Below are positions 53,826 through 64,000 of a stretch of DNA of 64,000 nucleotides, piece by piece. Source of the stretch: an uncultured Spirochaetota bacterium. Its GTDB lineage: Bacteria; Spirochaetota; Brevinematia; Brevinematales; JAOACQ01. Numbering within the stretch: the first letter of the stretch is position 1; each line of letters begins with the position of its first letter. The notes under the pieces were generated by a model, which was not told the origin of the DNA, did no database searches, and saw only the letters and a program-made list of their open reading frames with translations. Location: positions 448,001 to 512,000 of the forward strand of contig CAWAOD010000014.1 of NCBI GenBank assembly GCA_963783575.1, given 5' to 3'. The position numbers were made by a program, and so were the translations under genes.

Positions 53826-53927
53826 TATTTAATAAAAAATAAAGTATTTCGGAGTAATACCGAAAATACTAATAGGTTAAAAACATCCATCCGATTTTTA
53901 ATTGTAAACGAAAATTCTGTGTTCTAA

Positions 53928-53955
53928 ATATCGACTCTTAACCATTTAAACTTTA
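53928..53955 (-). promoter_or_regulatory. sigma28 promoter of flagellin 2
   Basis: Minus strand TAAAGTTT-N12-GTCGATAT. Confidence 0.75.
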
Positions 53956-54044
53956 TATCAATTTATCAAATATTTTTAAAATTTTTATTCTTTTAAAAAA
54001 CAAGTTCTTTACAACATAGATTTATATGCTTAAAACGAATATTT

Positions 54045-56126
54045 TCATCCGGAATATAAATAATCCGAAGGCAAGAAATTAATAATTCCATTTTTCAAAG
54101 GTTTATTAATATTTTTATTCAAACCCGGATCATCTTTAAGAATATTAGACGCATCATTTTTCGCAACAATGAGAAGCTTTTCATCCCTCATGTAATCTGC
54201 AATTTTGAGTTCGGGAAGTCCGGATTGGCGGATACCGAGAATTTCACCCGGCCCGCGAAGTTTCAAATCCTCTTCGGCAATTTTGAAACCGTCGGAATTT
54301 TGGACCATGGTCTGCATTCTGAATCTGGTTTCATCCGAAGTATCTTTACCGGTAACAAGAACGCAGTAAGATTGATAAATTCCACGGCCTACTCTGCCCC
54401 TTAATTGATGTAATTGCGAAAGTCCGAAACGTTCCGCTCCTTCTATAACCATTACCGAAGCGTTTTTAATATCGATTCCTACCTCAATGACCGTTGTGGA
54501 TACAAGAATATCAATGATTTGATTCCTGAAATCTTCCATAACACCATATTTTTCACTTGGAACCATCCTGCCATGAAGAAGCCCGATTTTATATGATGGG
54601 AAATATTTTTTTAATAACCCGGCCATTTTTATGGCATTTTCAGCTTCAATTATTTCCGATTCTTCAATCAAAGGATAAACAAAATAGGCCTGCCTGCCCT
54701 TTGATAATTCACCGGAAACAAACTTGATCATTGAAGCATATTCATTTTTTATAATCCATTTGGTAATTATCTTCCTTCTTTCTGAAGGAAGTTCATCGAT
54801 TATTGAAACATCAAGATCGCCATAAATAGTCAATGTAAGCGTTCTTGGAATAGGCGTTGCAGTCATTACAAGTATATCCGGGTTATCTCCCTTTTTGGAT
54901 AGATTGATTCTCTGTTCAACACCAAATTTATGTTGTTCGTCAAAAACGATTAATTTGAGGTTTTGAAATAATACCGTTTCCTGAAGAAGAGCATGAGTAC
55001 CTACTATCAGATTGATTGTACCGCTGCTTAAATCCTTACAGACCTTATCTTTTTCCGGCCCGCTCATACTGCCGGTAAGGAGCGCCGCCTTCAATCCAAC
55101 TTCATTTGCCACAGAATTAATAATATTGAAGTGCTGTATGGCCAGTACTTCTGTCGGAACCATCAGTGCACTTTGATAACCGTTATCCGCGGCATATATC
55201 ATTGAAGCAAACGCAACAATTGTCTTTCCGCAGCCCACATCCCCCTGAAGCAGGCGGTGCATGGCTTTACTGCTGTTCATATCATTAACGATTTCATCTA
55301 TTACCCTGATCTGGGCCTTGGTCAATTTATAGGGCAGCCTCGCAATAAAAGTATTCAGTTTATCCTTTTTATCATAATGAAATTGTTTGTGCCTGGATTT
55401 TATGTTCTGTTTTTTCATTGTTACAGCTATCTGGATGGCCAGAAACTCTTCGAATGCAAGCCTTATTTTAGATTTGTTAAGAACAGCTTTATCTGCAGGG
55501 AAATGAATGTTTTTCAATGCCTCTTTTTTTGAAATCAATTTATGGCTTTGAAGAATATATGATGGTAATTCATCATCAATCTTTTCAATAATTATATTCA
55601 ATCCCTTATTCATTATATTTCTTATTTCTTTGATGTAGAGATTCTCAGTAAGCTGATATACCGGCAGAATTTTTCCAAAATTCTTCGGCATTTCACCGTC
55701 TTTGAATTCCTCAAAATCAAACGCCGAAGCCTGGATCTCATTATATTTATAATTAAATTGAGCCGATACCCAGTATTTATTCCCAATTTTAAGGGCTGTT
55801 CTCAAATAATCCCTGTTAAAACCTATTAAATAAGCTCTTGTCTGCTCATCCTGAATAAGAATTTTAGGATGACGCCTGCCATTAAAATAGATGAAGTTAT
55901 GCTCTATTATTCTGACGATTATTGTTACAGTTTTATTCTGAATAACGCTGTCCTGGATGGAACTTAATTGTGATCTGTCTTCATATCTGAAAGGAAAATA
56001 ATTTATCAGGTCATAAAGCGAAATTATATTAAGCCTGGTTAATAGAAACGATTGCCTTTTTGTAATTGATAAGCTTTTCACCAAAGGAATATCTTTAAAT
56101 TCGTTTAAGTACATTCCGAAATCCAT
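54045..56126 (-). CDS. recG: ATP-dependent DNA helicase RecG
   Basis: RLLQGDVGCGKT, DEQHKFGVEQR, MTATPIPRTL, GLSQLHQLRGRVGRG, DLKLRGPGE. Confidence 0.96.
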   Translation of the reverse strand: MDFGMYLNEFKDIPLVKSLSITKRQSFLLTRLNIISLYDLINYFPFRYEDRSQLSSIQDSVIQNKTVTIIVRIIEHNFIYFNGRRHPKILIQDEQTRAYLIGFNRDYLRTALKIGNKYWVSAQFNYKYNEIQASAFDFEEFKDGEMPKNFGKILPVYQLTENLYIKEIRNIMNKGLNIIIEKIDDELPSYILQSHKLISKKEALKNIHFPADKAVLNKSKIRLAFEEFLAIQIAVTMKKQNIKSRHKQFHYDKKDKLNTFIARLPYKLTKAQIRVIDEIVNDMNSSKAMHRLLQGDVGCGKTIVAFASMIYAADNGYQSALMVPTEVLAIQHFNIINSVANEVGLKAALLTGSMSGPEKDKVCKDLSSGTINLIVGTHALLQETVLFQNLKLIVFDEQHKFGVEQRINLSKKGDNPDILVMTATPIPRTLTLTIYGDLDVSIIDELPSERRKIITKWIIKNEYASMIKFVSGELSKGRQAYFVYPLIEESEIIEAENAIKMAGLLKKYFPSYKIGLLHGRMVPSEKYGVMEDFRNQIIDILVSTTVIEVGIDIKNASVMVIEGAERFGLSQLHQLRGRVGRGIYQSYCVLVTGKDTSDETRFRMQTMVQNSDGFKIAEEDLKLRGPGEILGIRQSGLPELKIADYMRDEKLLIVAKNDASNILKDDPGLNKNINKPLKNGIINFLPSDYLYSG

Positions 56127-56231
56127 TGTTAATTATTCTATAAATTTTAATATTCAGAAATAACTTACAGAATAATATAATTGAATCATACTATTAAATA
56201 TTTAAGACATAATGTCCGCATATTCCAATTA

Positions 56232-57704
56232 TTATGCATTGCCTTTAGACATTCTGTAGCTTAGTTCTTTTTTATAGAGATCGTTATAATAATAACCCCG
56301 ATTACTAAGCTCTTCCTTAATTTTATCCGGAAACGGAACGAAACGCCAGAAAATGTACCTTGCATCCTGGCTTTCAAGTTTTTGTATACCCTCGGATTCT
56401 TTGGTTATCCAGAGGAAATAATCATTAATGAATAGCGTTTTTATGTCGCCCTTTACTTTATTGCTGCTTAGATATTCGTAATATCTTCCTGTCAATCCTT
56501 CGTCCATCCAGTGATAGCCGGCCACTTCTTTGGCTACCTGCCATCTGAAATCCCCAAGTCCTATTGTCATTGCCCATATCGGATTTTTGCAGAATATGGG
56601 AAGGGCAATTCTTCCTTTACTGGAAGCCCTGTTGTATTTATCGTACGGTTCCCAGCAGACTCCATAATTACCGTAGCCCGGGGTAAGAATGATGTATGGC
56701 GGTATTCTATGCGAATTCTGGCGGAAAGTTCTCTCAAAAATTGCGGAGTCTAAATTTTCAACATCCTTTAACCTTTTATATGCGTTATTTTTAAAATTGT
56801 ATTCATTCGTTTCCTTTGGTATAAAAGCACCCAAAAGAATAGGAAAATGATTGCCCTGTCTTCCTATGCACATTTTGGTCATCTGTCTCAGGGCATTTAT
56901 TTCATTCTCGGCTGTTTTTGAATCGACGGCAAAGGTTGTTACTCCGCCCTGAACTTTTGTTTCATTAAGTTCATTTTCAAGTGTTTTAAATTCTTCATAT
57001 TTATTATAATAAGCATTTTTGGCCGTACTCATGTCTTTATCTGTTTTTTTCAGATCACGGGTTGTTTCGACGAGCTCATCTATTTTGCTCAATTGATCCT
57101 CATTATAAACTTCCGGATAACCCAAAAGAGGGTCCATCTGATGCGAACAAATCAAGTTAGATAGTGAAGAAATGGCATCTTCAAGAACTTTACGGCGTTC
57201 AACAGCATTAAAATAATTCTTTTTTTCAATATCAAGAATACCGCCTACTTTATCTAATTTTGTTTGCTGGACCATTCCTGTATTTTCCGGTGTTTTTCGC
57301 AATGGCTGTTCATCGGTTGTACTGGGTTTAATTTTGCCTTTCATAACTCCAAGGAGCCATTCATCAACATAAAAGATAGTATCTTCTGGGTCTTTTTCAT
57401 CGAAAGGCTGAGACAGTACAAGCTTTTGTTCATCCGATGACAGGTATTTAAGATCCAATAAACCGAATCTGAGAAGCAGTCTTTTCTCCTTTGATGTATT
57501 ATCATTTATTTTTATACCGATCTGCATATATAAATTCCAGAAAGCCGATGTCAAACGGTCTTTGAAGACAACCTTTTTATCCTTATCCTGCTCTTTTTCA
57601 AACTGATTTTTTATATTAAGCAGATTTTCAACTATCTCAGTATTTTCATCCGCAAGAACTTTTTTCAAAAAACTATCCGGAAGTGAATCATAGAGTTTGC
57701 CCAT
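56232..57704 (-). CDS. Hypothetical cytoplasmic protein with central coiled coil
   Basis: 490-aa ORF with AGGAG RBS; no motif recognised with confidence. Confidence 0.7.
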   Translation of the reverse strand: MGKLYDSLPDSFLKKVLADENTEIVENLLNIKNQFEKEQDKDKKVVFKDRLTSAFWNLYMQIGIKINDNTSKEKRLLLRFGLLDLKYLSSDEQKLVLSQPFDEKDPEDTIFYVDEWLLGVMKGKIKPSTTDEQPLRKTPENTGMVQQTKLDKVGGILDIEKKNYFNAVERRKVLEDAISSLSNLICSHQMDPLLGYPEVYNEDQLSKIDELVETTRDLKKTDKDMSTAKNAYYNKYEEFKTLENELNETKVQGGVTTFAVDSKTAENEINALRQMTKMCIGRQGNHFPILLGAFIPKETNEYNFKNNAYKRLKDVENLDSAIFERTFRQNSHRIPPYIILTPGYGNYGVCWEPYDKYNRASSKGRIALPIFCKNPIWAMTIGLGDFRWQVAKEVAGYHWMDEGLTGRYYEYLSSNKVKGDIKTLFINDYFLWITKESEGIQKLESQDARYIFWRFVPFPDKIKEELSNRGYYYNDLYKKELSYRMSKGNA

Positions 57705-57890
57705 TTTTCTCTCCTTTTAACAAGCGTAGTGCTTGATCATCATAAAAAGATCGATTAAATATATTAATATCGAAATGATTCTTTATACTTTAAACTATGA
57801 GTTATTTTTATTAATATAATAAAATAACAGATGGCTTTTGTCAATGGATATATATCATGTTTATAAAATTCAATATATTTTGCGAATAGA

Positions 57891-58331
57891 CTATTTTAAA
57901 TTCTTTCTCATTTTTCTTAGAATTGTTTTATTCCCGTCACCTTCAATATAAGAATGTTCCAGTTTATCCATAAACTTTCTTATTGCGTAAATACCTAGGC
58001 CATGATTTTTTCCGGTATCAATGTGCTCTTTTAAATCAACTTCTGGAATCTTATTAGGGTCAAAGGGTTTTCCTTTGTCAAGAATAATAATCTCAACTCC
58101 ATCCGGTATAATTCTAAATTCGATCTTAATTACTTTGCTTTGTTCAGGGATGTCAGGATCATTTTCATATGAATGCTTGATAATATTGGCAAGTACCTCA
58201 TCGATTGACATCTCAACATCCCAGATTTCTTCATCATCGAAGCGGTTTTTCCCTAAAAAAACCCGGACTGATTTTCTGACTTTACCGAGAAACCTTGTTT
58301 CACCGGGAATAACAATTTTTTTAAATTTCAT
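57891..58331 (-). CDS. RsbW-like anti-sigma factor / Ser kinase (HATPase_c_2)
   Basis: DEVLANIIKHSY, DKGKPFDP, GLGIY.IRKFMD. Confidence 0.9.
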   Translation of the reverse strand: MKFKKIVIPGETRFLGKVRKSVRVFLGKNRFDDEEIWDVEMSIDEVLANIIKHSYENDPDIPEQSKVIKIEFRIIPDGVEIIILDKGKPFDPNKIPEVDLKEHIDTGKNHGLGIYAIRKFMDKLEHSYIEGDGNKTILRKMRKNLK

Positions 58332-58344
58332 TAAAACAAAGAAA

Positions 58345-58686
58345 CTATTTAAATAAAGATTTAGCGGCCGTATTTGATGCGGCGATTTTTAAAACTTTTG
58401 AAAAGCCCATAGTATCAAAAACCTTTCTAATTTTATCCGTCATATTGGATAAAATGACATCCCCTCCCTTTGATTTGGCTTCATTGAATGATGCTATAAG
58501 AACTCCCAATCCGGCAGTTGAAATATAATCCAGTTTTGAAACATCCAGAATAATTTTTTTTGATTTATCGAGTGACTCTTTCATTCTTTTATCGAATAGA
58601 GGAGCGCTGTGAGCGTCAATAGATCCCGAAACCGATAAAACACCGATATTTCCATCCAGGTTGAAAGAAAAACTAACATCTGCCAT
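58345..58686 (-). CDS. RsbV-like STAS anti-anti-sigma factor
   Basis: GSIDAHSAP, LDVSKLDYISTAGLGVL. Confidence 0.9.
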   Translation of the reverse strand: MADVSFSFNLDGNIGVLSVSGSIDAHSAPLFDKRMKESLDKSKKIILDVSKLDYISTAGLGVLIASFNEAKSKGGDVILSNMTDKIRKVFDTMGFSKVLKIAASNTAAKSLFK

Positions 58687-58772
58687 GATTTTTACCTCCT
58701 ATATATTAGTTGCTAGTCACCGGGAATCAATCCCCAATCCAATGAGCTAGAGACTAGTGACTAGAGACCAGA

Positions 58773-60813
58773 TTATACTCGAATCGGAAGAAGAACAAAA
58801 GGAATGCCTTTATAATAAAGCTGTTCCTGTATTGAAAACACTATATTATTATGAAGCAAACTGCTGGTTATTTTTTTCAAAAAATTAGGATTGGGGAAAA
58901 CAAGCTGCCCCCCGAAAAATACTGAATTAGGGAATTTTTTAGTTATTTCCGGTATCAGCGCCAATATTTCATCTACAACATCTGTGCCCACGGCCGTATA
59001 ACTTTCAGTAAAATAACCGTATTTCCGCATAAGGTAAGAATAAGTTCTTGTACTGTTCTGAAGATTGCTTTTCAGCTTCTCAATTTCTTCCAATCCTTTA
59101 AAATTGGCAGCATCAACAATACCAATCTGGACAAAAACATAATTTTTAAATGTATCGAAACCAAGAAATTTCTGGATCCCGAAAAGGGAATGAAGCCCTA
59201 TTCCGTTATACCCGCTGACGAACAAAACCGCCGTTTTGTCTTTTAAATTAAATTTATCATTATTTTCAGGTTCATTATCAGCTGTTATTTGAGATAATTT
59301 CTCTGAATTTTCTACCGCAACCAAAAGCGTATCGAGTCTTTTTAAATCCTTATTAACCCTGGTATATTGACTTTTAACCCAAATGCTAAATAAAACGAGA
59401 AAACCTGTTATAAAAAGGGTTACCCAGCCGCCCTCACCAAACTTTATAATAATAAAAGATGTAAGAGTAACAAGACATAATATTAAACCAACTCCATTTA
59501 TTAAAAGTTTCTTGAACCATTTTTTTTCAGTTTTCCTTTTGATCCACCAATGTCTCACCATACCCAGCTGTGAGAGGTTGAAAGTAATAAATACATTTAT
59601 ACTGTAAAGAATTAATAATATATCAACAGAGCCCCTTGTAATAATAAGAGTAACCAGGGCTGCCCCGCCCATAACAAGTATGCCGTATTGCGTTACCAGC
59701 CGGTCGCTTAAAAATGTAAAGCGTGATGGCATCCATTTATCAATAGCCATGTTCGATAATACACGGGGCCCGGCAAGAAATCCTCCCTGTGCAGCGACAA
59801 ATAATAAAGTGGCTTCAGAAAACAAAACTATAAATAAAATAATACTCTTAAGAGCTGCGGGCCAGGATGTCATAGCGCTTTCAAATGCAAGAGCATTTAA
59901 TGTTTTACCGATTTCAGGCTTAACATGATATAATAAATAAACTATCATAAGACCCAAAGCCATAAAACTTAAAGATACAGACATATAAAACATTGTCTTT
60001 TTTGCCGTTTGTACGCGAGGTTCTCTCAAAAGCGGCATTCCATTGCTTACCGATTCTATTCCGGTATAAGTACCGGCGCCCATACTATAAGCTTTAAGAA
60101 ATAAAGCCATCAAGCCGAAAACCCCCAGGTTCATTTCCCGCTTTTTTGACATCAGAAGCTGTAGATTGAACAATGCCGGAGAAATCCGGAAGATGGAACA
60201 AACATGCATAAAGTATAAGAAAAACATGAGTAACAACAAAAACTGTAAAGATCGGCAGCAATACACTCACTGATTCTTTTACTCCCCGTAGATTTAATAT
60301 GATCAATAGAAGGATGCAGAAAAATGAAAAATAAATTTTATAAGGAAGCAAATTGACAGGGAAAAAACTGAATAATGCATCTGCGCCGCTTGCTATTGAT
60401 ACCGATATTGTTAGAATATAGTCTACCAGTAATGCGCATCCCGATATCATGCCGACTGTTGGGGACAGTAGGTTGCTCGCGACATAATAACCGCCGCCTC
60501 CGCTGGGAAACAGTTCCACTATCTGTGAATAACTGGTGCTTATGATAAAAATTGTAATTACTATTCCAATACCGATAAATAAGCTTAAATAAGGATATTG
60601 AGTTACTATTCTGAAGGATTGTTCGGGTCCATAACAGGAAGAAGATAAAGGATCGGCTCCAAGACCGACCCAGGCAAATAATGCTACGAGGGTAAGTTTG
60701 TGAAATATAGAATGATCTTCAGGGTTTTTAGGCTTTCCAATTATAATCGATTTCAGAATTGAAAATACAGACTTTTTACTCTCATACGTCTCATCTTTGC
60801 GTGAAGCATCCAT
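58773..60813 (-). CDS. KimA/YdaO-like APC-family potassium transporter, 1-nt frameshift near 60130
   Basis: GADPLSSSCYGPE, FPSGGGGY, LLVDYILTISVS, TGIESVSNG, LYSINVF, cytoplasmic C-terminal domain. Confidence 0.82.
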
Positions 60814-60999
60814 TTATTTAAACTCCCATAAGAAAAATACGGCCGGTTAAAAATAATGCATTAATAAATATTAATTAAGATCAAGCTGCAAGCTTGTAAA
60901 AAAGCAGTATTAATTCTATGGATTGGTGTTCTTTTTGTCAAGACATTGAAAAGAGTTGAAAGAGGGGCAATTTTAGCTAGACAGCATCCGGTATGCTTT

Positions 61000-62007
61000 T
61001 CAAAAACCGATATTAACGCCGATCATGAAAGGAATATAGCCTTCTCTGTTTATATTTACAATTCCTATCTGAGCTCCAATTAATTTCCTGGCGGAATTGA
61101 ACAAACCGATCTGTACGCCAACAACTTCATCGGCAAAATTTACAAGGCCAACCTGTGCGCCAATGACATGACCTTTAGAGTAATTTGCAAAAGTTGCCGT
61201 CTGTAAACCATACATAATTTCTTCAGTCCTGCTATAAAATACCCCTGCTTGTAAACCCATCATTACCGAGGATCGGGTCATAATGATTCCGCTTTGTATG
61301 CCATAGATATCATCATTATAACCTGAAATGAAGTTGCATGCAATCCCTGTAATAATAAAATCTTTAGGAATAATCTGAATATTTTCCAAAATTGCTATCT
61401 GAATAGGGAAAATTTTATGGTGAAATTTTCCTGAATTTTCATTCTGGTTTTCTTCTGCCTTCGGTTTTTGTGATTGTTCCTGGGCTGCTTTTGAAGAAGA
61501 CTCTGCTGAATTATCTCGTGCAGGAGTTTCCTTAATGCCCTGATATTTCTGAACTATTTTAATGGCTATATCAGGGATTGTTTTTAAAATACCCCTAATC
61601 GAGTCAGCCGAGCCCTGCTCAATTATATCTATCACACCGGTTGACGTATCAATTACCTTAACAACCAGGATAAATTTATTGTCAATTTTTGAAATTGAGC
61701 CGGTAATAATTTTGTCCGCTTCAGCCAGCTTTCCAATGCGTGTAATTTCGCTATCGGTAACGCCGGATAACTGCAGTTTCTGTTCTTCAATGATTTTTGA
61801 AAGATATGCCCTCTCGACAATAGTAAAATATTTCTGTTTGAGCAGCTCGGTTTCCAGCATCTCGGAAAAAGTCACAGTGTCAAGGTTTTCATCATTGATC
61901 CTGGATATTATATCAAGAACTGCAATTTTAATTATCGTATCGGCAGCAAAAACCTGGCAAGACAATATTATTAAAAAAACAAAAACAAAAAGGAACAATT
62001 TCTTCAT
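61000..62007 (-). CDS. Exported protein: CsgG/TolB-N-like domain plus G.Q.G..N beta-repeat C-terminus
   Basis: FTIVER..L..IIEEQKLQLSG, IGKL..AD.IITGSI; GAQVGLVN/GVQIGLFN repeats, terminal Phe. Confidence 0.7.
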   Translation of the reverse strand: MKKLFLFVFVFLIILSCQVFAADTIIKIAVLDIISRINDENLDTVTFSEMLETELLKQKYFTIVERAYLSKIIEEQKLQLSGVTDSEITRIGKLAEADKIITGSISKIDNKFILVVKVIDTSTGVIDIIEQGSADSIRGILKTIPDIAIKIVQKYQGIKETPARDNSAESSSKAAQEQSQKPKAEENQNENSGKFHHKIFPIQIAILENIQIIPKDFIITGIACNFISGYNDDIYGIQSGIIMTRSSVMMGLQAGVFYSRTEEIMYGLQTATFANYSKGHVIGAQVGLVNFADEVVGVQIGLFNSARKLIGAQIGIVNINREGYIPFMIGVNIGF

Positions 62008-62284
62008 AAATCCATACTCCCATAATATTATACTTCTTTTATCATATCATTCTTTTTAATTATTTTCAACAAGCGTCCCGCTTGATAAATATAAAGTATT
62101 CGTAAGGAATTCTGTCAGTATTAAGTATTACGCCTGTTAAAAATAATATATGTATCCCGGCGTTGCAATATCCATAGCTAAATTCCATAATGATATTTCT
62201 CTTTACCAGCCAGCCGAAACACCACAGAATGTTCCTTATAATAATTGCTCCCATAATTTTCCTTCATTAATTTAAGAAAGGAAG

Positions 62285-64000
62285 TTACTTGGAATTTTTT
62301 ATCAAAGATAAAGCTTTTCTTACCGCGTCCACGGCATCGGAAGCATAATTGGCTCCTATACTGTCTGCAAAGTTTCTTGTTACCGCGGCGCCACCTATCA
62401 TAACCGGGTATTTCAATCCCTGTTTTTTCATAAGCTCCATAAATTCCTTCATTTTAGGCATCGTTGTTGTCATAAGCGCTGATAAACCTATAATGTCAGG
62501 TTTATATTTTACAGCCTCTTCCAATATTTTATTATTAGACACATCTTTCCCAAGATCAATCACATCCAGCCCATGATTCTTCAACATTAAAACCACAATG
62601 TTTTTCCCGATATCATGAACATCTCCTTTAACGGTTGCTATAAGAACTTTTCCCTTCGGTTCATTATTCTGCTCTCTTAAAATCGGTTCCAGAATTTTAA
62701 AAGCCTCTTTCATTGTTTCAGCCGAAAGCATAAGCTGGGGAAGGAAATAAGTCCTCTTATCATAAAGAAAGCCGACCTGGGTTATAGCGGGAATCAGATA
62801 ATCGTTAAGAATTTTGTAAGCATTTATTCCGTTATCCAGCGCGGATTTTACCCTTTCAGTAATCACCTCTTTATTCCCTTTTAAAACAGCCTGGTATAAT
62901 TTATTTTCAATGGTGTCAACACCCGTATCTACAGGTACTTCAAAACTCTCCTTCTTAGTATTTTTTTCTTTAATTGACTGTGACGGTGATATATTTGGTT
63001 TCCCGGAATAAAGCCTGATATATTCCTGTGAATTTTTGTCCTTACCGAGCAGAACATCTGAAGCCCTGACAAGCCCCATCAATTCCTCATCAAACGGATT
63101 AACGATTGCCGATGTCAGGCCATTTGCTATAGCCATTGAAAGAAAGCTCCGGTTCACATACCCTCTTGCAGGTAGACCGTAAGAAACATTGGATAAGCCG
63201 ATCGTTGTAAAAAGGCCCAGTTTTTCCCGGAATAATCTTAAAGTCTTCAGGGTTTCTGCTGCCCCATCCTGCTCAGCACTGACTGTTAAAACAAGCGGAT
63301 CCGCAAGGATATTCTCTCTTGAGATACACTCTTTTTCAGCTTGCTCAATAATCTTCTGCATCAATTTAACCCTGGCTTCGGCTGTTTTTGGAATACCGTT
63401 TTCATCGATGGGCAAAGCAATAAATGCTGCACCGTATTTACGGACATCTTTTAATAAAGCAAGACGGTCTGATTCCGCCGAAATCGAATTCAAAAGCGGT
63501 TTACCCGGATAAAGCTTTATTCCGAGCCTCGCCGCCTGAGAGTTCGAAGAATCTATTGAAACCGGAATCTGAACCCCTGTTGAAAGAACTTCAATGCCTT
63601 TCGATACCAGAGCGCTTTCATCCGCGCCGGGAATTCCCATATTCATATCAAGTATTCCGGCACCGGCCTTTTCCTGGCTTAAAGCTTCTTCTTTAAAAAG
63701 CTGGTACCTGTTTTCAATAATATCCGTAGCAAGGCTTTTTCTGGCCGTCGGGTTCAATCTTTCTCCAATTACGGTAAAAGGAAAGTCAAATCCTATTTTA
63801 TGCATAATATAGCGGCTGGATATTTTTAGTGAGGCCGGTTCTACATTTTCATGCTTAAGATAAGATTTCTGTTTTAATATTGAATCCCTCATAACTTTGA
63901 TATGCTCCGGAGTAGTTCCGCAGCAGCCGCCGATTACATTAACACCGAGTTCCGCCATTTTGACGGCTGAGATTGCAAAGCTTTCCGGTGATTCGTTAAA
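62285..64000 (-). CDS. metH: Cobalamin-dependent methionine synthase (Hcy, pterin, cap and B12 domains; 5' part outside the window)
   Basis: IGGCCGTTPEHI, IGERLNPT, SIDSS, GLSNVSYGLP, KGDVHDIGKNIV, LSALMTTT. Confidence 0.93.
   Translation of the reverse strand, partial: FNESPESFAISAVKMAELGVNVIGGCCGTTPEHIKVMRDSILKQKSYLKHENVEPASLKISSRYIMHKIGFDFPFTVIGERLNPTARKSLATDIIENRYQLFKEEALSQEKAGAGILDMNMGIPGADESALVSKGIEVLSTGVQIPVSIDSSNSQAARLGIKLYPGKPLLNSISAESDRLALLKDVRKYGAAFIALPIDENGIPKTAEARVKLMQKIIEQAEKECISRENILADPLVLTVSAEQDGAAETLKTLRLFREKLGLFTTIGLSNVSYGLPARGYVNRSFLSMAIANGLTSAIVNPFDEELMGLVRASDVLLGKDKNSQEYIRLYSGKPNISPSQSIKEKNTKKESFEVPVDTGVDTIENKLYQAVLKGNKEVITERVKSALDNGINAYKILNDYLIPAITQVGFLYDKRTYFLPQLMLSAETMKEAFKILEPILREQNNEPKGKVLIATVKGDVHDIGKNIVVLMLKNHGLDVIDLGKDVSNNKILEEAVKYKPDIIGLSALMTTTMPKMKEFMELMKKQGLKYPVMIGGAAVTRNFADSIGANYASDAVDAVRKALSLIKNSK

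Noticed and set aside
54045..56126. RecG as the invertase for the flagellin cassette
   Set aside because: RecG is a branch-migration helicase, not a site-specific recombinase; proximity alone is not evidence
60814..60999. c-di-AMP (ydaO) riboswitch upstream of the KimA-like gene
   Set aside because: Short AT-rich leader after a TTGACA-N17-TAGAAT promoter, without recognisable ydaO motifs
62066..62254. 62-aa ORF after metH
   Set aside because: No recognisable motif and competing short frames; cannot support it as a gene
832..63812. Numerous 60-165 aa ORFs overlapping larger genes (e.g. 42647-43084, 61562-62059, 26765-27256)
   Set aside because: Antisense or out-of-frame shadows of well-supported genes, with no RBS or motifs
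1..64000. CRISPR array, cas genes, prophage, integron or retroelement
   Set aside because: No regularly spaced repeats with unique spacers, and no cas, integrase, reverse transcriptase or phage genes recognised

Overview
AT-rich bacterial chromosome segment, most likely from a spirochaete (two FlaB-type flagellins, WG-repeat and LRR proteins). It contains housekeeping genes (purL, htpG, tRNA-Pro, clpA, clpS, dinB, rpiB, lspA, recG, metH), a livKHMGF-paaK operon, dispersed hemicellulases (CBM-GH5, CE7, GH8, GH43), signalling proteins (PAS sensors, EAL, HD-GYP, MshEN-like, two STAS, RsbW-like), two IS elements (IS1182 and IS1380 families) and many nested REP-like palindromes. Several genes carry single-base indels that look like read errors. 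The most striking observation is at the first flagellin gene (51708-52592, minus strand). It has no clear promoter of its own and is bracketed by inverted repeats (12-bp core CTTAGGGACCCC), while a sigma28-type promoter sits just outside the downstream repeat pointing the wrong way. Inverting the ~1-kb segment would join that promoter to the flagellin leader, so this is a candidate whole-gene flagellin phase-variation switch captured in the OFF state. All gene calls are from motif recognition by eye, not database searches.
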